DNA from: Balanoglossus misakiensis
Taxonomy: Eukaryota > Animalia > Hemichordata
DNA: 64,000 nucleotides
Direction of reading: 5' to 3'
Assembly: GCA_040954595.2 (NCBI GenBank)
Contig: CM082584.2
Coordinates: 9,067,146-9,131,145, forward strand
A program made the position numbers and the translations under genes. The notes below the pieces were generated by a model that saw only the letters and a program-made list of their open reading frames with translations, was not told where the DNA came from and did not search any database. Shown here piece after piece: positions 26,338 through 51,296 of the stretch (positions are counted from its first letter, which is position 1; each line of letters opens with the position of its first letter).

Positions 26338-26668
26338 TGTTACTTTTAAACGATGCAAGAGACGCGGCACAGACACAAGCGCACGATCAGAGCGGGCCAC
26401 GCGTAACGCATGAAGGCAAGTCACTGATTTCAGCTGCAGCTGATGCAACGCCACTTCCGGGTTGAGGAGGACAGTGAAAGGTGAAAGGTCACATCATACG
26501 ACGGCGTACCGCACCGGGCTCCCACAACTCGTGCTGGGCTGACGACGCGACAGTGGCTGTGCAGTGGGTGGTAGGTGTCTCTACATTATCTCTGCTTCAA
26601 GATTTATAAAAAACACACCAAGAAAACCGTACCTGTAAGCGTCCTGCATGCTCAGAAGGGCGTTGCTA

Positions 26669-27085
26669 ACGAGCGTGAAGTTGGCCTCATCCTCATCCTC
26701 AGCTTCAGCCTCATCCTCATCCTCATCCTCATCCTCAGCTTCGTGACCCAGCCTCAGCTTCGTGACCCTTCGTGACCCCAGCCTTAGCTTCGTGACCCCA
26801 GGAAGTAAACATGAAAATTATCCAAACGATCGGTAAAAAGAACAAATGGAGTCAAAAGAAGAAATTCAATCAATTATTTAGACTATCCCATGTAAATTAT
26901 TTTACCTATATCGCTTTCGCTTCTTTTAGATCACATCAGATATACGAAATTCACGATAATTTTGAAATCTTCCTGAGGTCACGAAGCTGAGTCTGAGGTC
27001 ACGAAGCTGAGGATGAGGATGAGGATGAGGATGAGGCTGGCGAAGCTGAGGATGAGGATGAGGATGAGGCCAACTTCACGCTCGT
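26669..27085. mobile_element. Foldback-type non-autonomous DNA transposon (MITE) with modular TIRs and 9-bp TSD
   Basis: Starts ACGAGCGTGAAGTTGGCCTCATCCTC and ends GAGGATGAGGCCAACTTCACGCTCGT. Arms (~26669-26805 and ~26969-27085) are built from CTCATC hexamers and CTCAGCTTCGTGACC modules. Flanked on both sides by GCGTTGCTA (26660-26668 and 27086-27094). Confidence 0.92.
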
Positions 27086-27120
27086 GCGTTGCTATGGGTA
27101 GGGCATACTACTATGTGGTA

Positions 27121-27141
27121 AAAGATGGCGCCCCCTCGTGG
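27121..27141. promoter_or_regulatory. Overlapping YY1-like (AAGATGGCG) and CTCF-like (CCACGAGGGGGCGC, - strand) motifs
   Basis: Sequence AAAGATGGCGCCCCCTCGTGG between the divergent ALG2 and PKA-C genes; motif match only. Confidence 0.4.
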
Positions 27142-29047
27142 TAAGTTAATGACAAAATCGGCGCAATAGTAATACACTGCACCACCGTCAGGATAGGATA
27201 ATATCATCCCCGTGAATATCAAAATCCACCTAAGGCAAACAGGTGAAGATGGGAAGATTTTAGCTCAGCTCTACAATGCATTCGATTTTTGGGAAACTTG
27301 CAAAAAGTTTTGCCGCTTATCACCAAAAGTTTCTAAGACTGTCCGAATTGTCATCAGGCTGGGTTGTCACGTACACGTTGTGTGACATGTTGTGTGAAAT
27401 GTTTAGAAGTCTTCTGTGCCATACAATCCAATATCGCGAAAATTAATGATCTATAAATAAATCGTTGTAATTTAATAAATGGACTATGAGTCCTAATACG
27501 GCATAACACCCATAGCGAAAACATACGGGGATACCAGAGGCATCTGGTAATATGGCGAAAACTTGGTGTTGTGTTACAATTCTGCAGAATCGATCGGTTT
27601 CTTATACGATTTAGTGTCGCTGATGAATTCCATAGTCATCCTGACCCTGCATACGAGGCCCGTTTAACCAGTTTCCGTTTCACATAAGTTCATCGGGGTT
27701 CTACTTGGGTATGTGGCAGTTTTGACTAATGGACGCAGTTGGCGGGTAACGACGTAAACAGGGCCTGCACATTTTATCACGCATAAAATCAGCATTTGAC
27801 AGATTCCTTTTATTTTTTCAGCTAATATAGCGTGCGATGGCGATGTTTGGAGCAACTTGCACGACGTTCAGCCTGAGGTAAATTTTGCTGTTTGCATTAA
27901 TTTTTTTGCACGAAAAGCGGTAGATGAGATTCTTCGTTTATGGCCGATTCACGGTTTAAATGTCAAAATTACGCCGGGTTGACGTTCGGCGGTATTTGAG
28001 TGGGTGGGTGCTTTTGGTGGGTGGGTGCGGTGGTTATGATAAGGGTACAGATAATGTCAATTTTCGGGGGAAATCAAGAAAAATTGAAATTAGAAGCGTT
28101 TGTTTAGTCATACAGATGTTGGAACACCGGCAAGTCGTGTATGTTGGCGATGACACATACTTCAGTATGTCTAAGAGTTACCACACATCAATATGTTAAG
28201 ATCAAGTTCACTTTGTACTTCATCAGCGCAACTCAAAAAGTCGTTGAATTGGACGTCGTCGTCACATTGTTCGCCTCGTGACCTATGCTAATAAACCTAG
28301 TCATGGACAACGTCATTTCGCCTTTAAGAGCCTACGACTACGTCCGTCCGTGCATAGACATAAGCTTAGTGCAGTGGCTGCGGTTCGTCCAATAAACCAT
28401 AGCCCTTCTCGCCAAAGCAAGTCCCCTCTCAACCACGGTTTACTGATTGACTGGACAGCATTTATTCGACGTTTTATTATGCATGTGACCTGCGGTGCGA
28501 TATTTTCAATGCATTTGTAAGGATGAGTAATATTTATCGTTTTCTTTTGTTTGTTACAGACAATAAAGTGTCTCTATGTCGGGTTCTAAGTCGACGTAGG
28601 ACATTCCATTGTGCAAACATTCGAAACTGTGATTCATATGCAGATTGCCGACCCTTTACCTCCTTCTACCACCATTCCTACCTGTTGCCCATCGCTGTAG
28701 CGTCTTAACTTCTTGTCGGCTGTCAAAAAGAAACGCTTGCTGGATGTGCGAAACTTATCCCAAGATTCGCCTCGATATTGCAGCAGTGACATTATTTATG
28801 GAGCGTTCTTCGGGCTGACCTCTCCCGCTAAAGGACTCTCTGTAAAAAAATCGGTGGAATTTTTTCTGATCGGATAGAAGGTGTCGCTGTCAGGGAAGCA
28901 TAGCAGAGAGGACCTTCTGGCCGCGGCGCGGGCGGAGCTCGGACTATTTGTCACCGATCTTGGTCGTTCAGGTAATCTCTCTTCAAGAAACGCCAGTCCT
29001 TAACAACGCTGAAATTCTTGTTTAATATCGGATTTACGTGATACAGA

Positions 29048-29081
29048 ATGCCGAAGGATAAAGCAAAAGCGGCCGCACAGC
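29048..29081 (+). CDS. Candidate alternative first coding exon of PKA-C (MPKDKAKAAAQ; non-myristoylated N-terminus)
   Basis: agaATG CCG AAG GAT AAA GCA AAA GCG GCC GCA CAG C|GTAAGT; phase-1 donor compatible with the exon at 38775; downstream of CpG-rich promoter-like DNA. Confidence 0.55.
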
Positions 29082-32000
29082 GTAAGTATTCTTCTAAATC
29101 ATCTATATCGAAGATTTACACACTTACAAACTACTCTCTCGGGCAACCATGGAAAGAGAGAGAGAGAGAGAGTATGAACCCCAGGGACCTTTATTGTTAA
29201 ACCGTTCTGGTCAGTTTAAATCTTAGATTTTGTTGTTTGTTCAAAACCGGTTACTACTTCTCCCGCCAAGCATGAGTAATTTGTTCTTCAAATATATCAT
29301 GAGCGGTACAAATATCTGAGTTGCTCTATCAATGATGCATGACTGTCCCTATCGCTGCTAACAAGGCACTAGATCTAACACTAGAGCACAATGAAGCAAG
29401 CACCATTATCCGTTAATACCAGAAAAGAGACATTCGCCGGGGGATAATAGCACGAAGACACTGCCCTTACAAAACGGATGAAAGGGCTTAAACAGCGGCA
29501 ATGAAAACTCATCGCGTCTGACACGTCGATGACAATTCATCCTTTCTATTGTGCCAATAGGCTGCCACGATTTGGCCAACACCAATATCCCTCGGTTCCC
29601 AACTTCCCAAACCTTTTCCGACGGAATTTTTACGAGGGCGGTGTTATTTTTATCGTCTATGTGTCAACAAACCGTTGTTGGTCAAATGAATGATGGTCGC
29701 CAGTGTCTCTTTAACGTGACACATTCCTCTGCAAGGTGGAAGAAAATGGTAGATTTCAGTTTCATAAATATTTTATAAGATGGGTTGCTATACTTTTCGT
29801 CACTTGGCTCATACGCCGCGCCGTTAAGTGCTTACGAGTCTGTGTCTTGCGGGGGTTCGGTGTCTTCAGGCTGTTGTATATAGCGATCCTTCAACTCACC
29901 TCCACCGAACAATGTGACAATTTGAAATGAACAATGGGAGTAAGAAAGGAAGATGGTGTGTTTACATCTTGGTGCACTGGGTTTAGCGAACCGTGTTGTG
30001 TGGGTCGTCTGGAGACCGCGGAGTTATCATACCCCGACCGCGACCATGGCTCATGAACTATTTGAATGCAGAGTTTGCCTAATAATATACCAGATTGAAC
30101 CATCCCCGTATTCGTATACATTCCTTGTTGGTCGTGAAACTTCCCATATGTCGTGACACCACAAAGTGGTGATATGCAGCAATTTATTCGTCCGTTATGT
30201 ACGATCTCGTTAACGTTCTTCACAGCTCAATACTGCCCGTGTTACGAGAAGTGCTTTGATTGATAATGGTTTACAAAACCAATATTTAACCTTCGCAGCC
30301 AGAAAGCAGAAGAGTCAATAACTAAGGTTAAGTTTACTCTCCCGTTACTTGAGACGAGCACTGCGTATCCATTCCAACTCACACAATTCCAGGTGGAATT
30401 CCAGCCACTTTCTTTAAAAAGGTTTTTTTTTTCCGTAGTTCTGGCCCTGGTCCTTGCATTTTCATATACTTTATTAGAGTGAAAATTTTAAGAAAAAGTC
30501 TTTGCATATGTTCTAATCGTTGGTTATGATATTGCACATCTCCCCGTGAGCTGTCGTAACGTCGTCTTCCATTACAAAATGACATGTCTGTCACCGAGGC
30601 GAGACTTAACAAGTGATGTATCTATGACAAGGAATATATTGCTGGTATGCAAAGCCCGATGCAGTCTAGGACAGCTTCATAAATTAAGAGAGGGGTCGGG
30701 GAATGTTACAATCGTGTCTGCCATGGCTGGAAAGTCTACGGGAGATCTCCCATTAACAGGTTCCAAACCACACCCTTCGTCAATATCAATGAGATCACGC
30801 TGACGCAACAGGTGTTACTAAACACCGATCAAGTGCTCGGTTCTATGCGCAATCCGATTCTTTGGCTAATACAATGTGTAATCTAATCGAGATACACGTT
30901 GAAAGTTGATTGTTTGCGTCCAAGTTTCCGATGTGACCTTCGACCCAGATTGTGCCAAGCATCAGCAGATCGCCTTTGTGTACAGCGTGTAAGCTAATAG
31001 TTCTGGTTTCAAATCTAAGCACTGGCGAAATAGATCTGAATATATACTTCTCAATAGTGAATTAAAAGCCACGTCGGGGAAAGCATAGTGGTTGACTTTT
31101 CAGGCAAACAAGGAGGTGCTTCCTTCAGCCCTCTGCCGATGATTTTGAAATGCCGCATCGTGAAATTCCAATCTCGAATTCATCATGTGATCACTGTTCC
31201 TTCCCAGTGAAATATCTCATTTTGATTTAACTGTATCGCCTTTGCGTCATGCTATTCCTTTTAACCATGCCAACACAATGCAACAAAACGACCGGGGAAT
31301 TCTGGGATTTGTCTGTCAAGTCATTTATGTATATTACACTCAATAACGTACACATGATATATTACGTGTCATTTGAGGCCTTTGGCGAAGGCGCTATAAA
31401 TTCATAATTGACTGCATATGAAAAGTCGACGTCTTGTGGCCGGTCAGTCACCTTGTCTGCCTGTGTCATGTCGGTCACTTGGCAATTAGGTGACACTTTT
31501 CTACGAAGGACGCACAACTCGACAGGCAAGGTAGTGCGGCTGTATTTTTTAACGAGACCCATACTGTGGCTGGCACATTCTACGAATGTTTATGTTGTCG
31601 TAAACAGAATGATGGAAATATCGGTCGACGTCGAACGTGTTCCATTCCTTCATAGTCAACCAGATAATATAACACGCAATTCTTTTCACCCACGATCTGA
31701 GTCGGTAGTACATGCATGTTTCATTGTAACTCCAATGAACGAATTCCAACTAAGCTTAAAATATGTAACTTTTTTTTCTTATGAACAGAAAACATTTGTC
31801 CTGGGTCATACATTTGCCCCTCTGTGTTTACTCAGGGATCAAAACTGACTGGCCGGTCGGCCTGCGATCACAACCGCCCTTATTCGAAACACGTACCTGA
31901 CGATGGAACAATCCATCTTGTCATGTTGGCAAAATTAAATTTACTGAACCATTGCAACCCCGTGTGTATTATGAACCATGCAAACGAATTGAGATCCTGT

Positions 32001-35000
32001 TGGTGTTTTTTTTCACTTCGGGAGACGTGCTGTTCCTCGGATTCCGAGATTACCCATTTGGGTACAGAATTATCGAAATATATCACATCAGGGGATTTTT
32101 AAAAAACTGTACCGAACTTGAGAATGATTCATTTATTTGTGATGTAATAACCGTAACATGAGAGAGATTCCAGTGCTTATGGAAGGGGTGGGTTAAAAGA
32201 ATCGACCGAGGTTATTTGCAAAATGTGTCCGGGGAATCGTTTTATAAATCTAAACTGTGCTTAAAATTTATTGAAAATTTAAAGAACATTTACCCTAAAC
32301 TTTGTTAGTGGATACGTTGAAATTAAAAATTTAGAGGAGTCAAGCCCTTCCTTCCCTTTTCATTTCCCGTCAATTAATAGTGCGCATTAGACTCAAAAAC
32401 TTTTCTACCTAGACCATAATTTATCACACATGTGCAGTGATCCAAACACATGAACACTGAGTATAGGTGCGGCTGCAGTGTGCAAAAACAGTGCGGTGGC
32501 TTGCAAATTCAGTAGTGGAAGGAGGACTGAATTATTGTATATAAGGCATAAATATATCACACTTCGCACTAGCTTTCCGCTGTTGATTCGAGTGTGTGTG
32601 TTTTTTTCCTAAAAATGATATCCCAACTTAAGATCTTCGGTAACTTTGCAAGCATGTTCACAGAGAATACATGAAGGACACCTCGCGCGAACTTTACAGA
32701 AAGGGTAATGGCCTCCTTGAAGGGACGCAGCTGTTTATCGATTACCGTTTTAACGCTTTTCTCAGCGACCACCAAGTTATCCACGTTTACAAATCGATCA
32801 ACAAATTAAGCCTTCTCCAACAAGCACCTTTTCTTTGGTTCGGACAATGGGCTTACGTACTTATCTAGAGCCAGGTCAATTTGTTGCGAAGCTGAACGTA
32901 TTAAACTATTAGAAATGTACCGTGTATTCCGCAGAAAATGGTCAACTCAGAAGGAACCACACCAAATATTGAGTGGCATAAAATTGCTATCAACCTGTAG
33001 TGTCTTTATTGATTGAAATGACATGCGCATGTAGAAGGCCATGAAGAGAATAATAATGTCACTCTCAATCGTTCTCTCATCCTTGCAGTGACGTAAAGCA
33101 ACCTTTACGAGTTAATCCCCTATAAACGAATGGAATGTCGCCTGTCTGTGGCGAGGGTTTCTCACAGGTGATAAGAATATTGTACACGGATTGACAAGTG
33201 GATCCGGTTTGTTGAAAAAAGGCGATGCAGGATTAACTACCGGTATTCAGAATGTCTGTCTGTTCCATTCAGTATTGGGTAAACGGGCGCGATCTTCAAG
33301 TTGCATTGTTACACATGGTACGCACCCAAATAATGGCCATACTATGCGCCTCGTGGCATGACCAAGCAAATATCCGTGTTTGTATTCCTACAATAATCCC
33401 AACGATTTTCCTTTTACCGGTGATTTAATTCACAATGTTCAACTATTATAATTTTGAACTGCTTAATATTTAAAAACTGGTAGATATTAAAAATTCAGTA
33501 GAAAATTCGGTAAAGTCTCCAAGAACCCGCACTAATTAATTAAGGTTTCAATGAAACTAAACGCTTTCAGAAGTGACATCGTCATCAATCAATACTTTGT
33601 TTCGCGCTCAGTCGCACAGTGTCAATCCATGGCATCGAAAGAAACGTCGGTTTAAAACACTTGCCCATCATACCCCACAGTAATTATTGGCCTCCAATCT
33701 GACAAATTTCCACCAGAGCGCCCTCTAAGTCAGACAACAGCGTATTACTTGTTTCTGACACTGGTCAAGAAGCTTATCATAACCACAGTCCTAGAGTGAC
33801 TGTGTCATAACATACCGAGAAAAATATTGTAAACAGCCTAACGCATCCAACCAAAAAGGGCCCAGGCTACCGACGCTGTTCACTTAAATATCTCAAAGAG
33901 AACAATAGCAGAATAATACCGACTGATGCCACGGGAGACAGGACCAGTTTAAATACCGTTTATTGGTATTTCGTCGTATTGTTGAAGCACATCACTTTCT
34001 TGTAAACCTTTGATCCTTGACTATTTGAACATCGGCTACTTTGGCCCTCGGAGAACCTCTTCCCTGGAAACCAAGTAGAAACTCCCAAAAATGTTGGGTA
34101 AAACCGCTTCTACCAATTCCCCAGACGAACTATCTAAACGCGACCGTAATAGGACACAAGTGAATTTTTTTAGAGATCGTCGTGGATAGGGAAAGTTAGT
34201 TATGGATTGGCATATGCGCGTTGAATGTTTGAAAGCGCATCTCTCAAGATTCGTGGTTCCAAGACCAAGTCGCACCAGCTGCAATAATTGTAGCCATGGT
34301 GACTGGTTTGATCGCGCTGACGGCTACTTTTCGATGGGAACATCAGCGCGAGTCAGCCACTCAACCATCCCACCAAGGCTACCAATTATTGCAGTTTAAA
34401 TCGCACTTCCCATGGCTAAACACTCTAGGGCCTACATCATAAACAAATTACTGGACGAAGTCCAACGCCTTGAAAAAGAGCACTTTTCTTTAAAGTCGTT
34501 AACATGGTAATCTTAAACAAAGTTTAAGTTTGGTTATTAGGTGTAATGAGAAACCGCATTGTCCACCATGGAGGACACGACAACAATTATTCTTGAAGAC
34601 ATATATACTCTCCCATCCGAAACGCATTCGGTTGCCATGGTACATTTCGCCAAGGTCTTGCTCTCCGAAAAATAGGAAGACTGTGGTCGAGCCAATGACC
34701 CGTGCGAGCGGACGACGCTATACTTGCTTGAAAGGCAATCTTATTTACATAGTTGTTAAAACAAATATTTGCGAAAATGCACTGTTCGTCAAATAAAGGG
34801 ACAACAGCGAACGGACATCGAAGTATTCCCAAATCGGCCGCCAAGTCTTCATGGCGGCCGCGTACGTTTTAGTTTCGCAGTGAAGGCCCATATCTTTGCC
34901 GGTTCTAGACATGGTGATTTACGAGCCGACACATTATCCCACCTTGTTCGTGAAAGATGTGCAAGTTTTTTCCCTCAAACAATTTGTCGCCATGGTTGAG

Positions 35001-35522
35001 GTGCGTTTAGCGATGCTATTTTTAGTAAAGACAAGAAAGGTGGATTCTAAAAATAGCTGCGAGCCGCCAATTCCTTATATGGCACCTAATGAATAGAAAA
35101 TGGAGTGCCATGACACCGACAATGGCATCCCATAATACTATTGTGATCGATATGGTTTCTGCGTACGGTAACCATTTTGAAAAAAAAACGTCCGCTTAAA
35201 ATATAGTACCACGAAATTCACACCTAAACCTATTCGATTTCAGTGTAGACAATTTTCTATTAAAAATTAAATAGAAATACCATCGTTATTCAATCAAGAC
35301 ATTATTTCTGAGACAGAAAAGAGAATTTGCGACGCCATGTTTGTTAGCGGATGAATACATTTTCAGTAATGGTGAGGTAAAATCCCGTGTTGTTTGCAGT
35401 GGAAGACCTTGGCCAGCAGGAATACCGGAACGTTTACGATATAATTTTTTGTGTAATATTCCCCTAATTTTAACATCATCATCATTGGAGGGTGGTGTGG
35501 TTGTCTTCCAGAAATATAGACC

Positions 35523-48445
<12,923 letters not shown>

Positions 48446-51296
48446 TGTCCAGGTCCCTAGTTAAAGTGTAATACTTTACACCACATCACATGTACATTAC
48501 CTCTGAGAACCTTTGGTACAGGAGAGTGACGTTTTTTTAATGAAGTGCTATGTGTCATTGTTATTTTTGCTTTGTCTGTTTCATGGAAATCAACAAAGGG
48601 ATGACCCGCTAATACGTTATGATCTTTTTTGAAATAAAGAAAAAGATGTGTTGTAGATTTTACACCCTGCCACACAAGTCCCAAAAAATGACAAGCACAA
48701 TTTTCAAGTGTGTAATAATGTGCAATATGACAATTGAAACAATTGCTTGCAGACTTCATAGAAAAAAAAAATAACGGGGTTGGGGAGGGGTTGTATGAAA
48801 TCCTGAGATGAAATAAAAATTAGTGTTTTATGGTTGCATTCAGGTTGATTGCTAGAAACACTGACACATAGTACTGCATGTAAGTATTTTTACTTAAAAA
48901 ACAAAGATGGACTTGAAGTTGAATGTTGTCATCATCTTCTTCTTAGTCTACGACTGTTTATTTTGTAAAATCGGGTGTTGCAAAAAATGTGAGAACGAAT
49001 CTGCTTTTCTGACTAACTGACACAAGAGCTTCCAGGTGTCCTGTCTTTGAGAAAGAGAGAGAGAGAGAAAGAGGCAGGGAAGAAAGTGTCTGCCTTATGC
49101 CTGTGGCAAAGGCACAGACCGAGGGCACAGAATAACTGGGCAGTCTGTTTCAGACCTGTCAAGTGAGGTCTTGTAAGCAAAGCAGCTCTCTAAAACTAGT
49201 CAGTGATAGTCCCACATGGTGTACATTTCACCCACCTTCGTTGATTTCATTTTCACCAGAGCTTACTTCTCTTGTAAATAAACACCTCCAGTAAAACTTT
49301 GATGTTCATTGCCAAGTTAGATAAAAACACTTTTCATTGTACATTTCGGATAGTTTAATGTTGATAGTTTGACAGTAGAATTTGTATGATGTTTTGGTGG
49401 TCAAAAGAAATATTTATAAGAGCTTGGTGATAGTGTTTCCCAATCACTCCAAGGTTCAATCATTTTGAGAGCTGCTGTCCTCATGGTTGATTCTAATGGC
49501 CTGTTGGGCAGCTGATTTTTGTTCTTCATATGCAAAACAAAACAAAAAAATATTTAAAAAAGAAAAGCAAAAAAACTGAAAAAAAAATTAAATAAAAATA
49601 TCCACATGGGTCCGATGTCAGTTGTATACTTACACCAAATTCGTTTTACTCTGAAGTACATGAAACCCTTTCTCAGACAGTTCAAACTGTGATTGGTGTT
49701 AGGATATCTGAGATGCTGGAAAGAGGTGATCGATAGAAGAAAACCAGGCAGGCCCCACAAAACTAATTCAAGCCGATATTGCGTTGTCAGTCAAGCCCAG
49801 AAATGCATGTCCGGCTGGCACTGGGGTGAAATCCAGTGTCTGTCTGGTTGTACAAGTTGTGCCATGAGAACTAAAATGTGGGGAATGTTGCTTTGCAAGA
49901 ACATTTTTGTCTCAGAAAGGGGGTCAGGGCACGGCACGGGGATGGTTGCATGTTGGGCTGCTTCTTGTACATTCGACCGGAAGACTCGACTGCAGTGTAA
50001 AAAATTATTGGACAATCAACCCGTTTTTTCTCCACAAAAGTGACTGGCACAAAAAATCAATACAGTGCTCATGTTGTTCATGTTCCAAATTTAGTTGAAA
50101 GGGCATTTAGCTTTAGTGTTACTTACGTACAGTTATTTTTCATCTGACCTTTAATTCCTCAGTGCAAAGAGCAGTTTCAGAGCAAAGGTCATCACGGTCT
50201 CTCTCCAACCACTACCAACTTGAGTAAATCCGAGGGCAAAGGTCGTCATGCCTATGTCACTGCAGTACAGGTGCCTGTAATATTTACAAGCTCTGTGTTT
50301 CAGACATTGAAAAATAAGCTCATACCATCCATTTGTGAATCTTGACAGCTTGTGCAAGAATTTAGAGTGATAGTTTCTACCCGGCTTTGACAGTAAGAAT
50401 GGTACATACAATGTCCTCCCAGATATTACAGCCTGGCTGGATCAGAATTGAGAGGTGTTCAAACCAAGTACATTGGTCAGTTCCTCTAAGAATTGTTAAC
50501 AAAGCTGGTTGTTTTCGGTCACTATCACTGTGCAGCTGCCAGTATGGCAGAACCCATCATGTGCACTGGTGTTGTTCAACTTTTGTAATTCCTCTTTGAG
50601 AAGTATTTTACCAGTTTTTTCCCAATTGTTCAGAAAAAAACCTGTACCTTGTAGTTGAATCCTTGATATTTGCATAATACGTATACCCCATTGTTTCGGG
50701 GGTTTATTCTCTCTGTGTTCATGTCAAAGTTTTATGAATGGTCCACAGCAGACATTTCTTATCTGCGAAAAACTTTGCTTGTGCTGTCTGTCTCTCAGTA
50801 TTCACATTTCGGGTTTTCTGCTCTCAAAAAACAATTTTTTTCCAGAGTACATTTATTGTCGTATGTCATGTGGAAATGATCGTCAATGAATTTATAATTC
50901 AGCACTTGCAGAATTTATTTGTATCCAAACGAAATGACATCTTATGTAGAAAAAATAAGGAATTAAAAAGTTTTGTTCAGAAATCTGTGGTTTTTATTGT
51001 GGATATATTGTGGTAGTTTGAGCATGATTGAGCTTCTAGTGTGTGTGTTAGAATATGAACACATATATTGGTAATTTGAACATGGGCTTTTTAGTGTGTG
51101 TGTATGAATGTATGATTTACGAAATCAACGTCGAACAAGCTCACCCAGAATTAAAAATTTAGTAGATGCTGCAATTTCAACATAAGCCCTCTAATGCAAG
51201 TTCAAACCACTACTTGGTAATTTCTCCTGAAAAGTTATGCAAGACTTATGAGGGCGCCCTCGATTTGCCCGAGACCAAACGATTCAGATTGTCAAA

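Noticed and set aside
25963-26454. N-terminal extension of ALG2 in the ORF track
   Set aside because: Starts at a non-ATG codon in promoter sequence; homology begins at [12 protein letters not shown] (26337).
30297-30332. Purine-rich micro-exon candidate in PKA-C intron 1
   Set aside because: In-frame stops in the phases needed to join 29081 to 38775.
35110-35173. Another phase-1 ATG-donor pair (...MVSAY G|GTAACC)
   Set aside because: Weak donor, no promoter cue, and such pairs are expected by chance.
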